IMG/VR virus record: IMGVR_UViG_3300005989_000005
Coordinates: 449-64,448 of that record
Strand: one strand, 5' to 3'
Length of the DNA: 64,000 nt
Source: a virus
Taxonomy: Duplodnaviria; Caudoviricetes
In this document: positions 15,308 through 23,067 of the stretch, in pieces
Position numbering within the stretch: position 1 is the stretch's first letter
How the letters are laid out: each line of letters starts with the position of its first letter
Translations under genes and position numbers: made by a program
The notes under the pieces: model-generated
The model's database searches: none
What the model was told of the DNA's origin: nothing
The model's input: only the letters and a program-made list of their open reading frames with translations

Positions 15308-17026
15308 ATGCCGACAATTTCTAACGGCGAAACGGGCCTGAGCGTCCGCGACAAACTGAACACGGCCATTACCCGCACAGAGCGGGTGATGATCGTTGCC
15401 GACGTGACGCAGATTGCAAGCCTCGTTTATGACCTCAGCAGCCAGTGGGGCGTGGCGGCTGGTATGCAGGTCATGGCGGCGCGCGAGGGGTTCTTGTATG
15501 AAGTATTGGCGTCAGACGCGACAACGTTCGACATTCAGCCGGGAGCGGTAAAACTTGACCTCATGCCAAGCCCCGACGGAACATACAACTTTCGTGGTAT
15601 GATCCCAGCGGCGAACGGGTCAACTGACGATTATCCGCTTCTGGCAAAGCTTCTGGCAAAGCCCTACAGCACATCGAGCATACTTGAAATCAAATTCCCG
15701 CGCGGTAACTATCGCATGGGGTCTACGATTGACCTTCGCCGCCCAGTAAAGTTCATCGGTAGCGGTGGTTTTACATCAACCACGGCCTCACAGCTTACGT
15801 TTTCGCAGAATACGTCTGGCATTTGTGTGAACAGGTTTAATACTGACGTTAATGGGCTGATCAGCCCGACAGGCAGCGAGGCAGACTCAGCGGGAATTCA
15901 GGGCCTTTACATCTACTCTCTCGGCGGAACGGACCGCACAAAGCACGGGATCGTTATTCGCGCCCGAGCGTTTGTGTTTAACACTCATGTTGCTGACTTC
16001 CCCGGAGACGGCATCCATATCCAAGCAAGTGCTGGCTTGGGCGGCGCTGCTGAGGGGAACGCGAACTCTTGGTCCTTGATGAACATTGTCACCACGAGAA
16101 ACAAGAACCACGGCCTTTATGTGAACGGCGATGATTCAAATGCAGGAACGGCCTTAAACGTCGATGCATCTTCCAATGGCAGATACGGAATTTGGGATAG
16201 CAGTTTCTTGGGCAACACCTACATTGGTTGCCACGTTGCCGCAAACGGTACGCCAAATGTTAATGGAAACTCAAGCATCCAATCTTCTCTGGTTTCCTTC
16301 GGGGGCCTGCTTTACGCGGCCCATTGGGATGCAACAGAGGCACAGCTTGTCGCAACTGAGCCGGGGACTAACTCAAACATCTGGATACCTGACAACGGGA
16401 TCGGCGGTGCTATACCGTGGACCGCAGGCCGTCCAGAGGGGACTTACTTTGTTGCCTTTGGATACCGCGCAGACAACGCCAACAACAACAGCGTATTCAT
16501 GGGCTGTTACAGCGAAAGCAGCGCAGCGGGCAATGTGTTTCAGGGCCGATGCCTAGTCCTTGGGGGTCAGCTTGGGTCTCAATATGCGGGGGACTCAATC
16601 GGGGCGATGCCGGGAGGAACGCCCGTCTCGCGTTCATATCTGACGGTCCAAAACCAACTAAGCACCGTTCTGACAGATGGTTCGGCTTACATAACATTGC
16701 GCGGAAAAACTAACGAACTAGAGGAAACTTGGCGTTTTAAGCGAACAGCCAGCGGCGGTATTACCTTTAATAACGCAGACCTTGGGGCAAGAACTGTCTT
16801 TAACATTACAGGGCTCTCAGACGCGGTGCCGTGGAAGCTGAGCGTAGCCGACTTCCTGAACAACGGCGTGCGCGAGGGTGTCCGATCCGCCACCCCAACC
16901 ACCGAGTTTTGGCCTACAGGCAGCTACATCCGCAACAGCAACGTGGCATCGGGGCAACCGCGCGGCTGGCGCTGCACGGTGGGTGGGACGCCGGGAACGT
17001 GGGTGGCCGATAGCAACTGGCCGTAG
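15308..17026 (+). CDS. Tailspike-like fibre / putative polysaccharide depolymerase (beta-helix)
   Basis: GSTDDYP...IKFPRGNYR pectate-lyase-like start, repeated N..G..I coils; N-terminal anchor like the 12424 protein. Confidence 0.75.
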   Translation: MPTISNGETGLSVRDKLNTAITRTERVMIVADVTQIASLVYDLSSQWGVAAGMQVMAAREGFLYEVLASDATTFDIQPGAVKLDLMPSPDGTYNFRGMIPAANGSTDDYPLLAKLLAKPYSTSSILEIKFPRGNYRMGSTIDLRRPVKFIGSGGFTSTTASQLTFSQNTSGICVNRFNTDVNGLISPTGSEADSAGIQGLYIYSLGGTDRTKHGIVIRARAFVFNTHVADFPGDGIHIQASAGLGGAAEGNANSWSLMNIVTTRNKNHGLYVNGDDSNAGTALNVDASSNGRYGIWDSSFLGNTYIGCHVAANGTPNVNGNSSIQSSLVSFGGLLYAAHWDATEAQLVATEPGTNSNIWIPDNGIGGAIPWTAGRPEGTYFVAFGYRADNANNNSVFMGCYSESSAAGNVFQGRCLVLGGQLGSQYAGDSIGAMPGGTPVSRSYLTVQNQLSTVLTDGSAYITLRGKTNELEETWRFKRTASGGITFNNADLGARTVFNITGLSDAVPWKLSVADFLNNGVREGVRSATPTTEFWPTGSYIRNSNVASGQPRGWRCTVGGTPGTWVADSNWP

Positions 17027-17037
17027 AAGGAAACACT

Positions 17038-17706
17038 ATGTCTATAACCTCTGCGCAACGAAAAGCCTTAGAGGCAGCTGGGTACACAGTTAAAAACCAA
17101 ACAGTTATGAACAAAGATGGTAAATCTGTCGGTGGTTATAACGAAAATGGTAAAATTTGGTCTGGCTCTTCTAAGGTTAAAGACATCTTAAAGGGAGAAG
17201 CAAAAGCCTCTCCTAAAGACACTAAGCCTGCTTCAAAACCTGCCCGACGCACTGCAAAAGCAGCTGAGGTAGAAAACTTAGATGATCCTAGAGGCACTCA
17301 GTGGAGCCATCTCCGTCGTTCAGGTGGAGCTAGGCCAGAGGGAAAAGCTACAGGATTACCAGCAGCCAAAAAAGCTACAGATAAAAAAGCTGTGGCCGCA
17401 GCAGCTGCTGCCGCAGGCGCAACACGTCTAGCTCGTTCTCTAGGTACAGGAGTTTCTGGGGGAATTAAGCCACTCAGTCGTCCTACTTCTGCTACTAAAG
17501 CACAGCCTGCACGTCCTCAGATTACACAACGCCCTATCCCTTACACACCTCCCAGTAACATTCGTCCTGCCGCAGGTGGGGGTCGAGCTGTAGGTGGTGC
17601 TATTCGTCCTCGTGGTCCGGGTGGACGAGGTTTGTTAAAACTGCCCGACATTTTAGACTTGCCACGTATGAATAAGGGCGGTCTTGTCTCAAAAGGTAAA
17701 AAATAA
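17038..17706 (+). CDS. Basic low-complexity putative internal virion protein
   Basis: K/A/R-rich; ends MNKGGLVSKGKK. Confidence 0.65.
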   Translation: MSITSAQRKALEAAGYTVKNQTVMNKDGKSVGGYNENGKIWSGSSKVKDILKGEAKASPKDTKPASKPARRTAKAAEVENLDDPRGTQWSHLRRSGGARPEGKATGLPAAKKATDKKAVAAAAAAAGATRLARSLGTGVSGGIKPLSRPTSATKAQPARPQITQRPIPYTPPSNIRPAAGGGRAVGGAIRPRGPGGRGLLKLPDILDLPRMNKGGLVSKGKK

Positions 17707-17861
17707 TGGCTAAGAAACCCGTTGCTCCTCTCAAGACTGTCAAGCCGCTGCCGACCAAAGGCAACATTATCGACCGTCAAATGGAAGCTGCTAAAAAGAA
17801 AAAGACCCCTATGCCCGCTAAAAAGTATAACAAGGGCGGCATGATTAAGGGTAAGTGCTAA
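17706..17861 (+). CDS. 51-aa basic protein ending YNKGGMIKGKC
   Basis: TAATG overlap; below the ORF-track cutoff. Confidence 0.65.
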   Translation: MAKKPVAPLKTVKPLPTKGNIIDRQMEAAKKKKTPMPAKKYNKGGMIKGKC

Positions 17862-17873
17862 AAGGAAAGCTTT

Positions 17874-18239
17874 ATGGCTAAGCAACTAACAGACCAGCAA
17901 CGCCTCTTTTTGGAGGTATTGTTTGACGAAGCTGGTGGGGATGTGGTGAAAGCCAAAAAGCTCGCTGGTTATCACGACACCTACCCAACCACATCTGTTC
18001 TTAAAACCTTGCAAGACGAGATTGTAGAAGCCACAAAAGCTTTTATCGCTCGTAATGGTCCCAAAGCTGCAATCAGTATTGTAGGTGTTATGAATAACCC
18101 CACTGAGTTGGGTGTTAAAGAAAAGATGGTTGCTGCTAAAGACATCCTTGATCGCATGGGTGTAGTTAAGACAGAGAAGATTGACGTTACATCTAACGGC
18201 TTGTTCATCTTGCCTTCAAAGTTAATTGAGTCAGATTAA
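17874..18239 (+). CDS. Terminase small subunit (probable)
   Basis: LTDQQRLF...AKKLAGY HTH, ...AAKDILDRMG; upstream of TerL. Confidence 0.65.
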   Translation: MAKQLTDQQRLFLEVLFDEAGGDVVKAKKLAGYHDTYPTTSVLKTLQDEIVEATKAFIARNGPKAAISIVGVMNNPTELGVKEKMVAAKDILDRMGVVKTEKIDVTSNGLFILPSKLIESD

Positions 18240-18727
18240 TGGCAAGGACAACCTTTCCTTTTCATTGCAGGTGTGGTACACTTGTTACCAGTAAAGCTTC
18301 TATATGCTTTCAATGTCAGCGAGACTACAGAATAGCAAGAAAAGCTAAGCTTAAAGATGGGGAACTAAACCCCGTAACAAAAGCCGGACAAGTTTATCGT
18401 GCTAAACACCCTAAAACATATTTACTTTGCAACCCAAGACTAAGAGCTAAACAAAAGGGCTGGGAGTTTAATCTTACGCAAGAGGATATTATTATCCCCG
18501 AATACTGCCCAGTTTTAAAAGTTAAACTTGACCCTGTTGGTAGTGGTGGTTCGTACACACCCTCTGTAGACAGAATTGATTCTACAAAAGGTTATATTAA
18601 AGGTAATATCCGCATCGTCTCTCACAGAGCAAACACATTGCTAAATGACGGCAGTTTAGAAGAACATAAGCTTGTTTATGAATTTCTTCTTGAACAGGCC
18701 AAACGCGGAGAAGATGAAGATGCGTGA
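18239..18727 (+). CDS. HNH-type homing endonuclease
   Basis: RAKQKGWEFNL...CPVL...PSVDRIDSTKGY..GNIRIVS..AN. Confidence 0.85.
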   Translation: MARTTFPFHCRCGTLVTSKASICFQCQRDYRIARKAKLKDGELNPVTKAGQVYRAKHPKTYLLCNPRLRAKQKGWEFNLTQEDIIIPEYCPVLKVKLDPVGSGGSYTPSVDRIDSTKGYIKGNIRIVSHRANTLLNDGSLEEHKLVYEFLLEQAKRGEDEDA

Positions 18728-18950
18728 CTACGCTAAAGAGTATGCAGCTACACACGGTACAGCTAAAGGCAAAAAAGATCGGGCAGCTCGTAATGCTGCT
18801 CGTGCCAAGGCTATAAAAGCTGGTAAAGTAAGAAAGGGAGACGGAAAAGAGATTGACCACAAAAACTTCAACCCCCGAGACAACTCCCCAAGCAATCTTC
18901 GTGTGGTTAGTAAAAAAACCAATCGTACGAAACAACCCAAGAGAAAATAA
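18720..18950 (+). CDS. Small HNH protein (packaging-associated type)
   Basis: RDYAKEY...GDGKEIDHK...N..SNLR..N. Confidence 0.8.
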   Translation: MRDYAKEYAATHGTAKGKKDRAARNAARAKAIKAGKVRKGDGKEIDHKNFNPRDNSPSNLRVVSKKTNRTKQPKRK

Positions 18951-19330
18951 TGATCAGTGAAGCAGACGAACTAGCATTGGCAGACGGGAAGTGGGTTCCC
19001 ATTCCTCGTATTTCCCGTGTTATTCCGTTTGGGTATGAGGTTGATCCAGAAGACCCTAACACTCTGCTCCCTGTACCTATTCAACTTGAAGCCCTTGAAG
19101 CGGCTAAAAAGCATGTGAAACGTTTTTCGTATCGAGATATAGCCAACTGGCTGACAGCCGTTACAGGCCGTTCTATCTCTCACATGGGGCTAAAGAAGAG
19201 GCTTGAAATTGAACGAACTAGACGAACAAAGGCTCGCGCTATTAAAAGCTGGACCAGTAGGCTTGAAGCCGCTAAAGCACGGGCAGAAACATTCGAGCAG
19301 GAGCGGCTCGGGGCGAAAAAGGAAGGTTGA
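18950..19330 (+). CDS. DNA-binding protein (recombinase-type PFGY/HTH domain)
   Basis: IPFGY...SYRDIANWL...ISHMGLKK. Confidence 0.65.
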   Translation: MISEADELALADGKWVPIPRISRVIPFGYEVDPEDPNTLLPVPIQLEALEAAKKHVKRFSYRDIANWLTAVTGRSISHMGLKKRLEIERTRRTKARAIKSWTSRLEAAKARAETFEQERLGAKKEG

Positions 19331-20789
19331 AGAAGTTCAACCTGCTGCCCCGGCCCTTCTCACTGTCCCGGATTATCAGTTTTCTTCTGAGGAAGCAAAA
19401 CGGGAAGTTATTTTTAAGCCCAATCCGGGGCCTCAAACAGAATTTCTTGCAGCCCCTGAGAGGGAGGTGTTATACGGCGGTTCAGCTGGTGGTGGTAAGT
19501 CATACGCCATTCTTGCTGACGCACTTCGTGATCTTCCACACCCAGAATTTAGGGGGCTGATTGTCCGTAGAACTACGGAAGAGCTTAGAGAACTTGTCCA
19601 GAAAAGCCAAGAGCTTTACCCAAAAGCCATTCCCGGCATTAAATGGTCGGAACGTAAAATGGAGTGGCGTACACCTGCTGGCGGTTCTCTCTGGATGTCG
19701 TACCTAGAACGAGACCAAGACGTTACACGTTATCAAGGCCAAGCGTTTAATTACATTGCCTTTGACGAATTGACCCAATGGTCTACACCTTACGCATGGA
19801 ACTACATGCGTTCTCGTCTTCGTACAACAGCTAAAGACCTTCGTCTCTACATGAGAGCATCTACTAACCCCGGTGGTCCCGGCCACAACTGGGTTAAGAA
19901 AATGTTCATTGATCCGGCTGTTTGGGGGAAGCCCTTCTGGGCTACCGACATTGAGACAGGTGAAACACTTGTCTGGCCCAAAGGCCATTCTAGAGCAGGA
20001 CAACCACTATTTAAGCGCAGGTTTATTCCTGCCCGTCTTTCTGATAACCCGTACCTCTTCGATAGTGGAGACTACGAGGCTAACCTCCTCTCCCTGCCGG
20101 AAGCAGAACGACGTAGACTTTTAGGAGGAGACTGGGATGTTGTGGAAGGAAACGCCTTCCCCGAGTGGAACAGAAACATCCACGTTATCGAACCTTATGA
20201 AATCCCTTATAGCTGGCGAAGATTTAGGGCCTGTGACTACGGGTATGGAAGCCACTCCGCTGTGGTCTGGTTTGCTGTCACTCCCGAAGAAGAGCTAATA
20301 ATTTATCGTGAGCTTTACGTCTCTAAGGTTCTAGCCCCTGATCTGGCAGATATGATCCTGGATATTGAGCGAGATGATGGCCCAATTACTTATGGAGTTC
20401 TTGACAGCTCTTGCTGGCATAACCGTGGTAATCCGGGTCCATCTATTGCTGAAAGTATGATTGTTCGTGGGTGTCGTTGGAGACCCTCTGATCGTAGTAA
20501 AGGCGCTAGGGTTGCTGGTAAAAACGAAGTTCATAGACGCTTACAAGTAGATGAATATACAGAACGTCCACGTATGATGGTATTTTCAAATTGTGTTCAT
20601 ACGATTGCCCAGCTGCCTGTTATTCCGCTTGACCCCAACAATCCAGAGGATGTTGATACTAAGAGCGAAGACCACATTTATGACGCTATTCGTTATGGGT
20701 GTATGTCTCGTCCTCGCTCTTCTGCTTGGGACGTGAACCCAGAAACTGTTCGCCATTACCGTCCTGTAGACGGAGTTTTTGGCTATTAA
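19203..20789 (+). CDS. terL: Terminase large subunit (start uncertain)
   Basis: PQTEFL...YGGSAGGGKS, FDELTQ, STNPGG, DYGY, DHIYDAIRY. Confidence 0.95.
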   Translation: MKLNELDEQRLALLKAGPVGLKPLKHGQKHSSRSGSGRKRKVEEVQPAAPALLTVPDYQFSSEEAKREVIFKPNPGPQTEFLAAPEREVLYGGSAGGGKSYAILADALRDLPHPEFRGLIVRRTTEELRELVQKSQELYPKAIPGIKWSERKMEWRTPAGGSLWMSYLERDQDVTRYQGQAFNYIAFDELTQWSTPYAWNYMRSRLRTTAKDLRLYMRASTNPGGPGHNWVKKMFIDPAVWGKPFWATDIETGETLVWPKGHSRAGQPLFKRRFIPARLSDNPYLFDSGDYEANLLSLPEAERRRLLGGDWDVVEGNAFPEWNRNIHVIEPYEIPYSWRRFRACDYGYGSHSAVVWFAVTPEEELIIYRELYVSKVLAPDLADMILDIERDDGPITYGVLDSSCWHNRGNPGPSIAESMIVRGCRWRPSDRSKGARVAGKNEVHRRLQVDEYTERPRMMVFSNCVHTIAQLPVIPLDPNNPEDVDTKSEDHIYDAIRYGCMSRPRSSAWDVNPETVRHYRPVDGVFGY

Positions 20790-20799
20790 AGGATAGACT

Positions 20800-22872
20800 A
20801 TGCAAGACGACGAAATGCTTTACGAAAATGAAGGCGTAGACTCCGTTGAAGATAATGAAAAACATTACGACGAGGCTGTAGCTTTTGTTCGTGAGCGTTT
20901 TCATCGGGCACGGGAAAAGCGCCTTGCTGACGAAGTACGTTTCCTTCGTTGCTATCGTAACTTCCGTGGATTGTACGGACCAGATGTTCAGTTCTCTGAA
21001 ACAGAAAAGTCTCGTGTTTTTGTAAAAGTTACTAAGACTAAGGTTCTTGCAGCTTACGGCCAAATCACTGAGGTTTTGTTTGGTCAAGGCCAGTTTCCCA
21101 TTTCTGTGGAAGAAAGTAAACTTCCTGATGGGGTATCAGAAACTGTAAGCTTTGATCCAGCTGCTCCTCCGCAGGCGGCTAAGTCGCAAGGACCAGTCTC
21201 CCCCTTTGGTACAAAGGACGGTCCTCGTCTCCCTCCGGGAGCTACAGCCATTAGTCTTGGTGCTCTTGAAAAGAAACTTGAGCCTATTAAGGACCGTCTT
21301 CAAAATGGTCCGGGTACTACACCTACAGCTGTCACTTTCCATCCTGCACAAATTGCAGCTAAAAAGATGGAAAAGAAAATCCAAGACCAACTTGAAGAAA
21401 GCGGTGCATCTAAACACCTTCGTTCCTCAGCATTTGAATGTGCCTTATTTGGCACTGGTATCCTGAAAGGGCCTATGGCTCTTGACAAAGAATATCCCCG
21501 CTGGAATGACAAAGGTGAATATGACCCACTTAAGAAAGTTGTTCCTACAGTTTCTCATGTCTCGGTTTGGAACTTCTATCCAGACCCTGATGCAGCTAAC
21601 ATGGATCAGACCGAGTATTGTGTTGAACGACACAAAATGTCTCGTAAAGACCTTAAAGACTTAACTAAGCGTCCTTTCTTCCGTGAGACAGCAATTGATA
21701 ATGCAATTGACAGTGGCCCCAACTACCAGCGTGAGTATTGGGAGCATGTTATGGAGGACGGTACGGGGCATCCTGATGTAGAACGTTGGGAAGTGTTGGA
21801 ATACTGGGGCTACATGAGTGCTAAGCATCTTCGTGAGAAAGATGTTCCGGTTGATAAGTCTATCAAAGACGATGACATGGTTAACGTCAATGTTTGGGTT
21901 TGCCATAACGAAATTCTTCGTTTTGTAATGAACCCCTTCCAACCCTCCCGTATCCCTTACTACGCAGCCCCTTACGAAGTCAACCCATACAGCTTCTTTG
22001 GTATTGGTATTGCCGAAAACATGGAAGATACGCAAATCCTGATGAACGGGTTTATGCGTATGGCTGTAGACAACGGTGCCCTCTCTGGCAACCTCGTATT
22101 TGAGATTGACGAAACTAACCTTGTTCCGGGTCAAGACCTTTCGATCTATCCGGGTAAGGTGTTTCGTCGTCAGTCTGGTGCTCCGGGTCAGGCTTTGTTT
22201 GGCACACAGTTCCCTAACGTCTCTCAGCAAAACATGATGCTGTTTGACAAAGCTCGTGTCCTTGCAGATGAAAGCACAGGCCTTCCTTCTTACTCCTATG
22301 GTCAGACACAAATTCAAGGTGTAGGACGTACAGCTTCTGGCATTTCGATGTTGATGAACGCTGCTAACGGTTCTATCCGAACAGTTGTGAAAAACCTCGA
22401 CGACTACTTGCTTGCTCCTCTTGGTAAAGCCCTCTTTGCGTTTAACATGCAATTTGACTTTGACCCGGAAATTAAGGGTGATCTAGAAGTGTCGGCTCGT
22501 GGGACGGAAAGCCTTATGGCTACCGAAGTTCGTAGTCAGCGTCTTATGCAGTTCCTTGGTGTTATCAGCAACCCGATCCTTGCTCCGTTTGCCAAGCTTG
22601 ACCAGATTGTTCGTGAGATTGCAAACTCTCTCGACCTCGATCCTGACAAGGTTACAAACAACATGGCAGATGCTGCCCTACAGGCAGAGGTTCTTAAGGC
22701 CTTCCAGCCCCCTACAGGGCCTCAGGGAGGGCCTCAGACGCCTCTTCCACCGGGTACACAGGCTAATGACACACAAGGCTCTGGTGGCGGTATGATGGGC
22801 ACAGGAAGCGTTCCTACGCCGGGTATGCAGGGCTTCTCTGCTAATAATGGTTCGGGAGCGCCTCCGCAATGA
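20800..22872 (+). CDS. Portal protein
   Basis: 690 aa directly after TerL; podovirus portal motifs (PYEVNPYSFFGIG, DESTGLP). Confidence 0.9.
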   Translation: MQDDEMLYENEGVDSVEDNEKHYDEAVAFVRERFHRAREKRLADEVRFLRCYRNFRGLYGPDVQFSETEKSRVFVKVTKTKVLAAYGQITEVLFGQGQFPISVEESKLPDGVSETVSFDPAAPPQAAKSQGPVSPFGTKDGPRLPPGATAISLGALEKKLEPIKDRLQNGPGTTPTAVTFHPAQIAAKKMEKKIQDQLEESGASKHLRSSAFECALFGTGILKGPMALDKEYPRWNDKGEYDPLKKVVPTVSHVSVWNFYPDPDAANMDQTEYCVERHKMSRKDLKDLTKRPFFRETAIDNAIDSGPNYQREYWEHVMEDGTGHPDVERWEVLEYWGYMSAKHLREKDVPVDKSIKDDDMVNVNVWVCHNEILRFVMNPFQPSRIPYYAAPYEVNPYSFFGIGIAENMEDTQILMNGFMRMAVDNGALSGNLVFEIDETNLVPGQDLSIYPGKVFRRQSGAPGQALFGTQFPNVSQQNMMLFDKARVLADESTGLPSYSYGQTQIQGVGRTASGISMLMNAANGSIRTVVKNLDDYLLAPLGKALFAFNMQFDFDPEIKGDLEVSARGTESLMATEVRSQRLMQFLGVISNPILAPFAKLDQIVREIANSLDLDPDKVTNNMADAALQAEVLKAFQPPTGPQGGPQTPLPPGTQANDTQGSGGGMMGTGSVPTPGMQGFSANNGSGAPPQ

Positions 22873-23066
22873 GCTTAAAGCAGCTTGTTAACTCGCATGA
22901 TGTGTATCAGTCGTTTCTTAAATACATTAACGACATGATTGCCCTACGTCAAAAAAGCTTAGAAACAGCAATTGAGCCTCACGACATTTATCGTATACAG
23001 GGTCAGATTAAAGAGTTGCGTAGGCTTTTGACTATGCGAGATGAAGTTAACGCAATGGATAAGTGA
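22869..23066 (+). CDS. Small conserved protein after portal
   Basis: ...YRIQGQIKELRRL coiled pattern. Confidence 0.75.
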   Translation: MSLKQLVNSHDVYQSFLKYINDMIALRQKSLETAIEPHDIYRIQGQIKELRRLLTMRDEVNAMDK

Positions 23067-23067
23067 T

